The translations under genes and the position numbers were made by a program. Of a stretch of DNA of 64,000 bases, positions 11,820 through 25,095 are shown piece by piece (the stretch's first letter is position 1; each line of letters starts with the position of its first letter). A model generated the notes under the pieces. It worked only from the letters and a program-made list of their open reading frames with translations, was not told the origin of the DNA and did not search any database. Source of the DNA: Chiloscyllium plagiosum (taxonomy: Eukaryota); the NCBI RefSeq assembly GCF_004010195.1, contig NC_057749.1:13944974-14008973 (forward strand), read 5' to 3'.

Positions 11820-12433
11820 ATTTTATTGTTATGTGTACTCAAGTACAGAAGTACAGGAATATGGCGAAAAATGTATAATGTTGCCACGCACAGTGCCAGC
11901 TTAGGTACAAAGGTAGCTAGGTACAAAAAACGTAAGTACAAAGTAGTAAGAGAACAGAGTTAAAAAGTTGGCATTACCTTCATAGAATAAGTTGAAAATA
12001 CAAGAAATAAAATACTAGTTAATACTAAAGTCCTAAACCAGACAAATAAAGGAATTAAGATCTCAGCTTCCTGTACTCGACCCCACTGCTGCAGATATCG
12101 GTGGACCTCCCTCACTGCTCACTCTGCTTGTATTGGGCTGCAATGCCATCGTTGCTGCTGAAGCTGCTGCCTCCCCAACCTCACCGTGGTGTCTCCACAA
12201 CATGCCTTGCAGGACCCACTTGCATGCCGAAACACCGCCATGACCTGCCGAGAGACATATGCTGTTGTGAGACCGGGCTGAGACACCATCATGTGCTATC
12301 AACAGACCGGGCCAGACACCACCACAGGGGCCACTGAGGCTGGGAAGAAACACCAAGAGAGAAAGATTAGAAAAGAGAAAGGAACGAGAGAGCAGATGAG
12401 CTCCTGATGAAATGTCCTACTCAGACACCATCT
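11820..12433 (-). mobile_element. Probable non-autonomous retroposon remnant (Rex1/Babar-like ends)
   Basis: Minus strand begins aagatggtgtctgagtaggac and ends ...gtacacataacaataaa; GC-richer core. Family assignment is tentative. Confidence 0.35.
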
Positions 12434-13237
12434 TTCTTTTCAGTACAGGGTATTATTGAGGGTTTGACACACGTTTCTTCAATTCCACTTTGTTTTTTTA
12501 AGCTTTTCCTTTTAGTTAAGCGATTACTTTCATCTTTTTCTGTAGTCATTTTTATGAAGCAAGCATGACTGGAGTACTTTTAACAGTACAAAATGATGTC
12601 AAACTGATAACAATTCTACCTATCATTATTTAAATCTATTAATAGTTTGTATTCTCTATGGCTAATTTTCAACAAACTATAATTTTTACTTTGTACTTAA
12701 AAAATAGTTGTTTGTAGTTAACCTGCTGCCCTCTTATGGATTGGCAATGAAATTTAAAATCATCTAAACAGTAGTTTTAGCATTTGCAAAGATTTTTGTA
12801 TTGAACAAAAATAAATCAAAAAGTAAGATACTGCAGATGCTGGAAACTTAAAGTACAAAGCAGAAGTACTGGGGATAGTCTGCAGCTCTGAACAACTCCG
12901 TGAGAGAGTCAAATGGAATTAATATGTTGGGATGACTACTTTTCATCAGGACAGGAATATACAGTTTATAAGGAGGAACAAATCAAAGGAAAATCACCAA
13001 GGAGAGGAAAAGTAATTTTCTGTGACTAGACAAAAAGTATGATTACATGAAAGAAGTAGTTTATATCATTTAATCACACAATTTACAAAATATAGGATTT
13101 GATTCATGAATGGTTTATTTGTAAATAGTGATTTTTCTCAATCCTCAAAGACTCCTTAAATTAACTGTGTAGCACTCTTTAATTTGATATTGAATCTATT
13201 GAATCTGAAAGAACAAAACAATCACAAACTATTAATG

Positions 13238-13470
13238 AAAACAGAAATTGCTGGAGAAACTCAGCATGTCTGGCAGCAATCTGGAGAGAAAGCAGAATTA
13301 ACGTTTTGGGTCCAGTAGTCCTTCCAAAAGCCTAACCCTGACTCTTCAAAAAGGGTCACTGAATCAGAAATATTAACTCTGCTTTCTCTCCACAGATGCT
13401 ACCAAATCTACCGGTTTCTCCAGCAATTTCTGTTTGTTTTAGATTTCCAGCATCCACAGTTTTTTGTTTT
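13238..13470. mobile_element. Family-C PLE palindromic insertion, decayed
   Basis: aaacagaaattgctggagaaac ... gtttctccagcaatttctgttt inverted arms with decayed cores (gggtcactgaatcagaaatattaac). Confidence 0.65.
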
Positions 13471-14302
13471 ACTTTAATAACAACATATTGCTTTTATTTA
13501 ACAATTATTTCAGTCATCTTGTTAAAAAAAAGAAAAATACACCCCATTAATACATCAATATGTAATGTCTTCTACTTTTTAAAAATACTACAATACTATG
13601 CTTTTGAAAGGTACTTTGTCGACTGTAAGGTCTGTATGGATTTCCTGCATCTTGAAAGCCACTACTTAAATGCAATTCCTTTTATATTTTAAGGATGGCA
13701 GTTGTGTAATTAAGGAAATGGTCATACTGAAATACAAAAGTGTCAAGTGCCACGATATATACTGTGCACTGCCTGGCCCAGGAATGTTTGCTGCTGTAAC
13801 ATTAGTACTGCAGTGATCGCTGAGTAGGACTCTTAATTCTCTGCATGCAGGTTGAGGACTCATGTCCCACTCTATAGATTTGAGTACAAAAATGAGCTGT
13901 TAGTAGCATTGTAGTTAGTATATTTAGTATAGTTAGTATATTACACTGAAACCAAAACCCACCTGCCTCCTCTGCAGGGTAGAAAAGAATTGAGAATGTG
14001 GGAGCAACCCTTAGTGTCCCAGCCAACTCCCCCATTAACATCACAAAAACAGATTGTTTCACTATATTGTTTGTACAGCTTGGTGTGTGTAAATTTGCTG
14101 CCATGTTTTCTACAATAGAAATTAATAGTGTCCAAAAATAATAAAAACAGAACATTTTGGGAGAAACTTTGCAGATCTAGCTGCTTCTGTCGAGAAACAG
14201 AGTTAATATTTCCATTCTGACTTTTCACTCCAAAGAAGAATATAGGAACAATGAACAGGTGTAGTCCATATGGCCCTGTTCATCTGTTCCACCATTCAAT
14301 GA

Positions 14303-14511
14303 TGTGTAGGTGCTGGTGTTAAACTGGGGTGGACAAAAGTCAAAGAGCACACAACACCAGGTTATAGGCCAACAGGTGTATTTGAAACAGCAAGCTTTCG
14401 GAGACCCACTCAGACAGCTAGTAGTCCTTTAGGAAGCAGCAGCGTACCCAAAAGCATCCAGTTTCAAATAAAGCTGTTGGACCATACACTGTTGTGTGAT
14501 TTTTGACTTTG
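14303..14511. mobile_element. Family-B PLE palindromic insertion, decayed
   Basis: 12-bp TSD ACCATTCAATGA at 14291-14302 and 14512-14523; inverted arms with a roughly 32-nt left tail. Confidence 0.7.
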
Positions 14512-14869
14512 ACCATTCAATGAGATCATAGCTGATTTGTGGCCTAACTCCATATACCAGCCTTTGGCTCATATCCCTTAATACGTTACTCAACAAAACA
14601 AAATCCCGATTCTAAATAAGAGTTATGTTGGACTTGAAATATTAATTCTCTCTTCTCAGATACTGCCAGACCTGAGGATTTTCTCCACCTCTATGTTTTT
14701 TATTGTAAAATGTTTTTAGGAGAATTGGGATTATGGTATCTCTGGAGTAGATAAACAACACATCATGATGCCCGTTATCCAAAGACCCTGCACTCAGAAC
14801 AACTAAGAATACAAATATAATTTTTTTCTTGACATTTTGAGTCACTGACATTTTACGTTGACCACAACC

Positions 14870-15090
14870 TCTATTGTTGCCTCCAGCGGTTGCGCCCCCT
14901 GCGGGGCTCCAGAAGGTAACGGCGGCGGAAGTGAGGCCGGAAGCTCATGGTCGGGAACCTGACAACCGTCGGTTGGCAGCGAGGAGGCTGAGGGAGGGTG
15001 AGATGATAAGTGGGTGGCTGTGGTGATTAACACATTCTCGATTTGAGGAAGGTGGACGGAGGCTGTGCTGCTGAGGTTAACAGTGAGACG
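14870..15090 (+). promoter_or_regulatory. Small CpG island; likely RCN2 promoter and non-coding exon 1 (donor after 14997)
   Basis: CpG cluster with tandem ETS sites (GCGGAAGT, CCGGAAG) and AGG|GTGAGA donor; the RCN2 ATG exon has its own acceptor at 17843. Confidence 0.6.
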
Positions 15091-17876
15091 GATATTCCCT
15101 TGGGGAGACTAAGGAGTTTGCTCTTAAGCAGCAACCAGTACACCCCCGACCCCACATTCATTAAGAGAAATACCAAGCAGCTTTTGCTTTTTAAAAGTGT
15201 GGATTTCGCCATTAAGTTGTAAAGTTTGTTCACTTTCCCTGCCAAAATATGCCAATTTTTCCTGTTAACATATGCCAGCTGTTCCCTGCTAAAATTTGTC
15301 AATTTTCCTGGTAACACTTTCAAGTATTCCATGTTAAAATTTGTGCGCCTCAAAGAAATCAACTTTTAAAATACTTATAACAAACGTTATTTTTCTCTCT
15401 TCCTGTATAAAACCTGTTCTTTTAAAAATGCTATTGCTTTTTTGAAAATTCTTAAAATGCCATTTCGTTTCAGATCTAGTTTTCAGGATCTGGTTCCTGT
15501 TACAGAACTGGTTGATAACTATTGTAACTGATGGTTGATATTCAAGCTCTGCAGGTATAGTATAAAGCATATCTTACACACCATAAAGTCTTTAATTAAA
15601 TTAAGAATGTTAAATGTATCAACCATCTTTACCTGATGGGAATAAAAATTATTTGTGCTTAACGGGTGTACTGCAAACTGGAAAATTCTGCCTTATTACA
15701 GTTGTCAGTAAATTTTGTTTGGGGTTAAACAGTCAGGAATTGGAAGATGACTCTCAAACTTTTTTTGTGACATTTATCATCACTTCAAGAAGAGCATTTA
15801 AAAGAAGCATTTAAATTGTCTCAGTGCTTCACCTAATGTATTACGTAAATGGAATATGTCTTGAAATGAGAATACATAGATTAGAGGCAAGGTTTGGAGA
15901 AGTCTCTGTCACGCTTCAAGTATTGTACATGCATGTGTCACAGTTTTACATTTTTTTAAAGTTCTGTTTCCTTAGTATTTGACAAGACTAGTTGGTTTAG
16001 TTGAGAGGAATTCAAAATTTACAAGCAGATGCTATTTTAGAGAACCATCTCTCACGGCTTGTCTCCAGCCTTGAGATGTTTCTACTTAAACAATTAAAAT
16101 TATAGTTTTAGAAGGGCACATCTGGTTGTGCATAGTTCTGTCCAAGTTAAAATTATGTTCTCCACTTAGTGTAAGCAGTCTTGTGGGAAAATTGTTGAAT
16201 TTTTGCAGTATTTCCAAGTAAAGAAAACTTATTCTGTTGACACCTACTAATAAATGATTGTGGCTATTTCTTTTGTCCAAGCAGAGTTAGAGAATTAATA
16301 TGATGTGAAAGGGAATATAAATCTAAGATGAATTCATGGATCATGTGCTATAAATTATTAATTGTTGCTTGTCACTACTCAACTACTGTACATCCAAATT
16401 TTGTCTATTAAATATCTTCAGCATATACACTGTCTGTCTCATTAATAATTTGTCCCTTAAGGCACATTGATAAACAATAGCTATGCATTGAGAAACAATT
16501 CTGATATTGGTGCAGCTTATTCAAGTTATGTTTGATCACTCTTAACCAGAGAGAAATCCCATATTCGATTATACATAAAAGAGATCATTTACCCCAGACA
16601 GTTGAAGATAACAACTAATAATAATTAAGCTCGTTGTGAGGAGCAAAATTGTGCAAAAGCAAGAAAACAAAAGTCTGAAATAAATGAACAAACACCATCT
16701 GTTCTCCAAAAGTTTGAAATTCTTGGCCTGTCTCTTCAGTGACTCTGAAAACTGTGACACATGAATTCTCTGATGTTCTTAAAGTAATTCTGTAAAATAT
16801 GAAACTCTGGAGCATAGGGATTAAATTAAATTATGTACCTTTGCTTTAGTACATAATGTGTATAAAATTTGAAATGGGTATCCTTTCCACATAATGTGTC
16901 ATGCTCTAAAATACTTCCTTCAGTTAAAAAAAAAATGGAAAGAATAGCAGATATAACTAATCCAAACATTAATTGTCTGTACAAACAGGATTTCCCAAAT
17001 TAGGTCTGGGTTCTAAGTAAGTTCCGTATGTTACCTTCATATACCAATGACTTCCTAGCGATCAACATATTGTATCTGGTGCATATTTCACTTTGCCTGT
17101 CAGTGCTTGATCTAAATCAGAGATGTTCTTAATTGTAACAGCAGTGGTTTTTACTTCAAGCATCCTAGTCATTAAATCAAGCAACAAATTAATGTCAAAT
17201 ACTGTAGGAATTCTTATAATTTGAAACTGACTGGCCCTGACAGTTCGTTTCGCCTACTAGATTTGTGCAGGAGCAAACCAGAGAAGTTTGCATTTTTATG
17301 TTTGACTTTCATTCTTTGGAAGAGGACCTAATCTTTTCTCTTTGCCTAGATGACTGTTCACTTGAGTGTGAATCCTTTAAGTTGCATTTTCAAACATTGT
17401 TGTGAAAGAATAACACTTCACACCCTTTGTGCTTGTTGATGATGCAAAGGCTTTTGTAACTAATATCTTGCTTTTATTAACTTATTTTGTTTGGTTACTG
17501 CTTCAAAGTACTTTGAACCAAGTGGTATGTTTAGTTTTATTTGTAATGTTGGGTTGCTGAGCATTTGTTTTGAACATTGCATATATTTTCTTAATTCCTG
17601 CAGCCCATGCTTAATGCCACTTCAGACTGGATTATTGTCTTTGTAGTTTTGACTTTAAAATATCCCTGAAAGCAGGTTGTTGTCCTGTCCTTACGGCAAC
17701 TGACGGTGTGAAGTTCCGGAAGATGTAACTTTGGAAATGAGAGAAGTGTACATAAAAAGGAAAATTGGTTTCTGAAGTAATTTTGCAGAAATGAATTTTT
17801 AAAAAGTTGTGTGAAATTTCATGAGCCTTTAATTTTTCTGCAGCCACTTTTGACATTGAAACGTGCCCAACAAAAA

Positions 17877-18026
17877 ATGCTGTTCCAAGTGTTGGTGAGC
17901 TGTACTTTTATTGTGATGTGTTCCACACACGTTCATCATAAACATGAGCCGATTTCATCTGAGGACCACTATATGGATGGTGGACACAACTCTGAGTACG
18001 ATCGCGAAGTCTTATTTGGAGGAGAG
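17877..18026 (+). CDS. RCN2: Reticulocalbin-2 coding exon 1 (signal peptide, His-rich segment)
   Basis: MLFQVLVSCTFIVMCSTHVHHKHEPISSEDHYMDGGHNSEYDREVLFGGE; GAG|GTAGGA donor; acceptor ttttctgcag ending 17843. Confidence 0.9.
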
Positions 18027-18404
18027 GTAGGAAATTCCATGCAACTATGTTTATTCATTAGAATGCAAAGGGAGAAAGTTCTGAAGTAAACTATTAAAAA
18101 TGTGAGTGCCTTGTTAAATATATATAGATTTTAAAAATATTGTTAAGAATATTTCCCTGCATCTTTTATAATACTTTTCTGTTTCATTACTCTTCTGAAT
18201 TACAGTTCTATAAATGCAAAAATAAATTAGAAGATTACTGGCCTGGGCTGTTGCAGTCAGCAGTGAAGTGAATATTCCCTGCTGATCTTGAAGAAGGCTA
18301 CCCACTGATAGTTGCTAGATCACCAGACCCTGTGAAAGGGCCCCCTCGCTCAACTGGAATTCAAATCTGGTCAAGGGGGTGTTCTGCTGTGCAATGACAG
18401 TGAA

Positions 18405-18980
18405 TGTCAGCAATCACATTTAAATGTCAGAGGCTAGGAATACTGTGGCGAGTAACTCACCTGCTGACTCCCCAGTGCCAATCCACCATTTACAAGGCAC
18501 AAGTCTGGAGTGTGTTGGAATTCATCCGACTTGTCTGGATGAGTGCAGCATCAACAATGCTCAAGCTTGACACCATCCAAGACAAAGCAGTCCACTTGAC
18601 TAGGATCCATTCCTTCCACAACTGATGCTCTGTAGCAGCAGTGTATACTACCTACATGATACATTGCAGAAATTCACCAAAGATCCTTAGACAGTATCTT
18701 CCAAGCAGATGACCATTTCCATTGAGATGGTAAAGGGCAGCAGATACACAGGGACGTCACCACCTGCAGGCTCCCCTCCAAGTCGCAGACCATCTGACTT
18801 GGAAGTTAATTGCCATTCCTTTATTATCCTTTAAATTCCTGGAATTCCCTCTCAAAGAATATTATGGGTTTACCTACAGCACATAGACTGCAGCAGTTAA
18901 AGAAGATCAACAGTGATAGAGATTGGCAACTAGGCCCAGCCAGTGATATCCAAATCCCAAAAGCAAATATAAAAAAAACC
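18405..18980 (+). mobile_element. L2/CR1-group LINE 3' fragment
   Basis: ORF 18404 'QRLGILWRVTHLLTPQ..TIYKAQVWSVLE..WMSA..LDTIQDKA' is an RT C-terminal remnant. Confidence 0.7.
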
Positions 18981-19826
18981 TGATTCAGATCTCATCTATA
19001 ATCTTTCATTAAATATCTGATTTTTTTTGTCTGTAACCAGAATGGATATAGGTGTGGTACATTTTTAAGTGCAATATAACAAATAACCACATGTGGTTAG
19101 CATGTATTAGTGTGTTAATTATAGTACAAATCTCGCCACAGCCAACCTCAACATCACAATGCAAAAACTCAGTCCTGTTTGATTTCAAAAGCTGAGTAGA
19201 ATTATGTACGTTATAACTTTTCCAGGAGATCTTTACAGAACACTAGGAATGTTAGGGAACCCTACCCAATTCAACCTATACGTATTTCCCACTTTCACAT
19301 GATGTGATTGTGATTGATTCAAAATGTCATCAAAAGTGGCATGGTAAGTATGACAGATAGGAATGTACAATTAGTACAGTGTTGATAGTATTGTCTCCAT
19401 TTCTGCAAAGAAAAACTGAAAATTAGTCTAGTTAAAAATTCAATTATGTTGTTTATCAAATACTGGTCATAATAATCACCAATCCCACAAGGCTACCCAA
19501 AATAACTTTCTCTGGTGTTAAAACTAACAAAGAATTGCTCCAATGTATAGTTTAGAGATTTTTTTCCCCAATTTTCAGGTCTGTGCCAAAACAGTTTCCT
19601 TACATGTTTAAGTTTTATTTTTCATACCCAGTAGCAGGTGGTACTGATGACCAATCTAATTTCAGCCTCAATCTGATGAAAACTGTATATGTCTTGTATG
19701 AAAGTGTAGGTTACCTACATGGGCATCAGATGGGACTTTGTTCTTATTTGCCTTTATAGATGAAGGATTAGAGAACATTGAGCCAACATCACATGTACAT
19801 TTATGTGAACGTTGTGTATTTCTCAG

Positions 19827-19932
19827 AAAGAAGTTGGGGAGCTTGCTAAACTGAGCCCTGAGGAACAACAATCTCGGCTCAAATCCCTCATCAAGAAGAT
19901 GGATGTGGATGCAGATGGCTTTGTAAGCAAAG
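19827..19932 (+). CDS. RCN2: RCN2 coding exon 2 (106 nt, EF-hand 1)
   Basis: tctcag|KEVGELAKLSPEEQQSRLKSLIKKMDVDADGFVSK-G|gtgaga. Confidence 0.93.
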
Positions 19933-20594
19933 GTGAGAAGCAGTTTAGGTATTTGTTTTCCAATGTGCCAAAATGACTGACCTTGACCTAATGTTCTGTG
20001 CAGAATTCAGCTCACGTTTAAATCAGTATCTTGCTGCAATTATTTCTTACTTTTCGGTTACATCACAATTCACTTGAAATTATTTTGTGGTCGCCTGGAA
20101 TTATTGCTGGCCTCTTCACATGATATTTCCTAGCACTGGTCAGAACAAACCAGTGATTCTGCTTTCGCATTCTTGCACATAGTGTTGTTTTGAGAATCAC
20201 AAATCACAGCTGAATTTTAGTTAAAATTTAATTGGAAGTTAAAATTTAAGCAAGTATGCTCAAACCTTGTTTCATTATACATTTAACGTTTTCTTACCTT
20301 GCTTGTACTTTATAGAACTGAGAGTCTAGTATGTTATAATTATACATAAATGATAATTATATCAGGTGCAACACTAGCTTTATAAAATATACCCAAGCAC
20401 AAGAGCACTTTCATTGTTGTGAGATGCTGAACAAATCATTAAAAAATGATAAATGACTTATTCTAAAGTGAAAAGACAGCTAGCTTATAAGCCAGCAAAA
20501 AGGAAATTTTTACAGGAGTTTGTCATTTATAAATATATTTAATCTTTGTAAACTGACAACATGTTGGAAATAGGAAAGCTGCACCATATTCAGA

Positions 20595-20895
20595 GGGGAG
20601 GTGATAGCCTAATGGACCCAAGTAATGTATTAGGGACCTGAGTTCGAATTCTGCCACGGCAGATGTTGGAATTTGAATTCAGTCAACGAAAAATCTGGAA
20701 TTAAGGGTCTAACGATTTGTTGTCAGTTGTTGGAAAAACCCTACTGGTTGGCTCATGTTCTTTAGGGACGGTAACTGCCATCCTTACTTGGTGTGGCTTC
20801 CATGTGACACCAGTCCCATAGCAATGTGGTTGACTCATTCAGAGATGAGCAATAAATGCTGGTTTAGCCAGTGACACCCTCACCGCATGAATTAG
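20595..20895 (+). mobile_element. tRNA-derived SINE ending about 33 bp upstream of an RCN2 acceptor
   Basis: B-box-like gagttcgaattctgcc; body shared with 1119-1450; tail gagcaataaatgctgg. Confidence 0.65.
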
Positions 20896-20928
20896 TTTTT
20901 TTTTTAAACTCACACTTGTTTGTCACAG

Positions 20929-21125
20929 GTGAGCTCAGTGGATGGATCCAACAGTCCTTTAAACATTATGCTACAGAGGAGAGCAAAGAACAGTTTCCAG
21001 AACATGACCTGGATGGTAATGGAGTTGTTACATGGGAAGAGTACAACATTCATAGTTATGACCGAATGCTGGATTATGATGAAAATACTCCGCTGGCTGA
21101 TGAAGAGGAGGAATCTCTCAGACAG
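20929..21125 (+). CDS. RCN2: RCN2 coding exon 3 (197 nt, EF-hand 2)
   Basis: cacag|(G)ELSGWIQQSFKHYATEESKEQFPEHDLDGNGVVTWEEYNIHSYDRMLDYDENTPLADEEEESLRQ|gtgaga. Confidence 0.95.
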
Positions 21126-22202
21126 GTGAGAAGGAAACTTCTTTGAGTCAGGGAATTATACTCATACATATATTTTTGAAAAATGGATCCGCGCTTGAAG
21201 ATAATTTTAAATTGCCAATGAAGGACAAAAATAAATTCCTGTCTTTTCCTAGATTTTCAGTACGTACAGTTTTTGGTTTTTTAAATCCTGGGTACTGAAA
21301 CTCAGTGCATATTTTTTCCTTTTATTTTTTAATGCAAGGGTTATTCACAAACATTTTATCAAGAGTCATCACAATCCTGTACAGTGTATTTCTTTCAGAC
21401 TGTTCTCAACACTGTTTCGATAGTTTATTTTAAGAGAAGTGTTGCTTCCGGACAGAAAATTGTGTGCCATGCCTATTTTGCAAATTTGTTACACTCAGGT
21501 GGCACTCCATTGCATTCCTGAAGGATGTGATAAGTCATTTAGATAAGATTGTTAAATATAACCTGCTTGGCTAAGATGCTACTGAAGGAACAGGAAGTTC
21601 TTTTAGGATTGTGGTCAACACTTCTCCCTCAACCACAAACATTTTGATCAATTCATTCGTTGGATATTGGTGTCTCCGGCTGGGCTAGTATTTGTTGTTC
21701 TTAAAAAGGTGATGAATTTCAGCTAGGACAACATTGTCTGAGGATGGAGGACTAGAAACAGTCAGAATCAACCCATTACCACTGGTTCAATGACTTTTCT
21801 ATATCAACATTATGCGAAGCCAAGAACTGTCTGTATAAGGCTTGAGGTTAAGTTTACAATACGTTGCGCAGGTTTTTTAGTGCAACATGCCTAAAATTGA
21901 CCAAATTAGACCAAGGACTTTCAAATACAGGTATGTCCAGTGCATATAGAGTTCCTGAGGCCTTTTGGGGTTTGAAAACATCACATTAGAAGGCAGTTTT
22001 ACCCACTAAGTTAGTCAAGCCCTCAGATGACTTTATCAAAGTTGGCTGTTATTTCCAATCGTTTAAAATGAGATTACTTGAAGATGGTGGCAAAACACTC
22101 TTGGTTAAAATACTCCTTCCTGTACTAAACCCATTTTAGTTGTAACAAAGTGCTTCAGCTAATGCTATTATTAAGAAATAATTTTTGAAAGCAAGGAGAA
22201 AA

Positions 22203-22965
22203 GGGTAGCATGGTGGGTAAGTGGTTAGCACGACTGCCTCATAGCGCCAAGGACCTGGGTTCAATTCCAGTCTTGGGTGACTGTCTGTGTGGAGTTTGCA
22301 CATTCTCTCAGTGTCTGTGTGGTTTCCACCCACAATCCAAAAGATGTGGGAGGTTCACTAGAATGGTCCCAGGAATGAAAAGCTGAGCATATGAGGAAAG
22401 TTTGAGGACTCTGGGTCGATGGAGGGGGAGTCTAATTGAAACTTACAGAATACTGAATGGCCCGAACAGAGTAGCTGTTGGGAAGATGGTAGAGTGACTA
22501 GGACCTGAGGGCACAACCTTAGAGTAAAGAGAAGACCTTATAGAACATAGATAAGGAGAAACCTCTTCAGCCAGAGAGTGGTGAATCTATGGAATTCATT
22601 GCCAGGTTATTGGGTCTATTAAAACTGAGATAGACAGGTTCTTAAGGATCAAGGGTTGCAGGGAGAAAGCAGGAGAATGGGTTGGAAAACATATCAGCCA
22701 TGATTGAATGGAGGAGCAGACTCGATCAGCTGAATCGCCTAATTTCTGCTTCTTTGTCTTCTGGTCTTATATGTACATTAGGTGGATTGGCTATGCTAAA
22801 TTGCCCATGGTGACCAGGGATGTGCAGATTTGGTAGATTAGACATGGGACATGTGTGATGTTACAGGGACAGGATAGGGCGGTGAGTCTGCGTGGATACT
22901 CTTCGGAGGGTTGGTGTCGGCTTAATGGGCTGAATGGCCTGTTTCCACACTGTAGGGATTCTATT
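22203..22965 (+). mobile_element. HE1/V-SINE split by a CR1 3' fragment (about 22351-22772)
   Basis: SINE head and V-domain to aaagatgtg; CR1 tail to tggtcttat; SINE resumes at ttaggtggattggctatgctaaattgccc. Confidence 0.75.
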
Positions 22966-22994
22966 CTTAAACAAAAAAGCAATTGAAATTCTAA

Positions 22995-23970
22995 CATAGA
23001 GTCATAGAGATGTACAGTATGGAAACAGACCCTTTGGTCTAGCTCGTCCATGCCGACCAGATATCCCAACCCAATCTTAGTCCCACCTGCTAGCACCCGG
23101 CCCATATCCCTCCAAACCCTTCCTACTCATGTACCCATCCAGATGCCACTTAAATGGTGCAATTGTACCAGCCTTCACCACTTCCTCTGGCAGCTCATTC
23201 CATACACAAGCCATCCTTTGTGTGAACAAGTTGCCCCTTAGGTCTCTTTTATATCTTTCCCCTCTCACCCTAAACCTATGCCCTCTAGTTCTAGATTCCC
23301 CGACCCCAGGGAAAAGACTTTGCCTATTTATCCTATCCATGCCCCTCATAATTTTGTAAACCTCTATAAGATCACCCCTCAGCCTCCGACGCTCCAGGGA
23401 AAATAGTCCCAGCCTGTTCAGCCTCTCCCTATAGCTCAAATCCTCCAACCCTCCCAACATCCTTGTAAATCTTTTCTGAACCCTTTCAAGTTTCATAACA
23501 TCTTTCCGATAGGAAGGAGACCAGAATTGCACATAATATTCCAACAGTGGCCTAACCAATATCCTGCACAACTGCAATATGACCTCCCAACTCCTGTACT
23601 CAATATTCTGACCAATAAAGGAAAGCATACCAAATGCCTCCTTCACTATCCTATCTACCTGCGATTCCACTTTCAAGGAGCTATGAACCTGCACTCCAAG
23701 GTCTCTTTGTTCAGCAGCACTCCCTAGGACCTTACCATTAAATATATAAGTCCTGCTAAATTAATGCACCTCGCATTAAACTCCATCTGCCACTTCTTGG
23801 CCCATTGGCCCATCTGGTCAAGATCCTGTTGTAATCTGAGGTAACCCTCTTCACTGTCCGCTACACCTCCAATTTTAGGGTCATCTGCACACTTACTAAC
23901 TGTACCTCTTATGGTAGCATCCAAATCATTTATGTAAATGACAAAAAGTGGAGGACCCAGCACCGATCCA
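22995..23970 (-). mobile_element. CR1/HER1 LINE 3' part (RT C-terminus)
   Basis: ORFs 23077..23694 and 23724..24032(-): GSVLGP.LF.IYINDL..K.ADD.K, LVRPLLEY.VQFWSP. Confidence 0.92.
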
Positions 23971-24304
23971 AGTTTGAAGAAGCTTTTATATTTAATAATA
24001 CAAACAAACAGGCGTGTGAACCAGAACTTCACTTCAGAAAATTAGTGCGCTTTGATCTGAGTTGAGGATTGCTCAGACAGCTGAAATTCTATCCCTTAAG
24101 CTTTCATGCTGTTTAGAAAATTCCATCCATAACTATTTTCCTTGCAGAACCCATATGGCTTCATAGATAAAAATGTGATTTCTTGTGTATCACAGACAGC
24201 AGAATTTTATTAGCTTTTCAAAATGTTGACAACGAAGATAAAAAAAAACTCCAAGAAATAAGAGAAAAATAGTGTCTAATTTTTGTACTATTTCAGCACT
24301 TTGC

Positions 24305-25095
24305 TGGCTGAAAGTTTAATTTAGATAAATGTGAGGTGCTGCATTTTAGAAAGGCAAATCAGACAGGACTTAATACACTTTATAGTAAGGTCTTGGGGAG
24401 TGTAACTGAACAAAGGGACCTTGATGTGCAGGTTCAGTGTTCCTTGAAACTATAGTGACACATTGACAACATAATGAAGGTGTTTGGTGTGCTTGCCTTT
24501 ATTGGTCAGTGCATTGAGTGTAGGAGTTGGGAGGTCATGTTGAAGCCAAACAAGATATTGGTTAGGTCACTTTTGGAATACTGCATTCAGTTCTGGTCTC
24601 CCTGCTATAGGAAGACTGTTTTGAAACTTGTAAGGGTTCAGAAAAGATTTACAAGGATGTTATCAAAGTTGAAGGGTTTGAGCTAGAAGGAGAGGCTGAA
24701 TAGGCTGGACTATTTTCCCTGAAGCGTTGGAGGCTGAGGAGTGACCTTATCGAGGTTTATGAAATCACGAGGGATATAGGGTGAATCAACAAGGTCTTTT
24801 CCCCAGGGTAGGGGAGTTCAAAACTAGAGGGCACAGGTTTAAGGGGAGAGGGGAAAGACTTAAAAGGGACCTAAGAGGCAATTTTTTCATGTAGAGGGTG
24901 GTGTGTGTATGGAATGCCAGAAGAAGTGGTGGAGGTTGGTACAATAACAACATTTAAAAGGCATCTGGCTGGGTATATGAATAGGAAGGGATGTGGGCCA
25001 AATGCTGGCAAATGGGACTGGATTAATTTATGATATCTGGTTGGCATGGACAAGTTGAGCCAAAAAGTCTGTTTACATGGTGTACAGCTATAATG
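24305..25095 (+). mobile_element. CR1/HER1 LINE 3' fragment
   Basis: ORF 24474 LVRSLLEYCIQFWSP..RVQKRFTRM. Confidence 0.9.

Noticed and set aside
9117-15010. Shared 11-mer GAGATGATAAG in both CpG islands as evidence of promoter duplication
   Set aside because: The flanks do not align convincingly; the match is too short to support the claim.
23077-23694. 205-aa ORF as a host gene
   Set aside because: CR1 ORF2 C-terminal fragment, repeated many times in the window.
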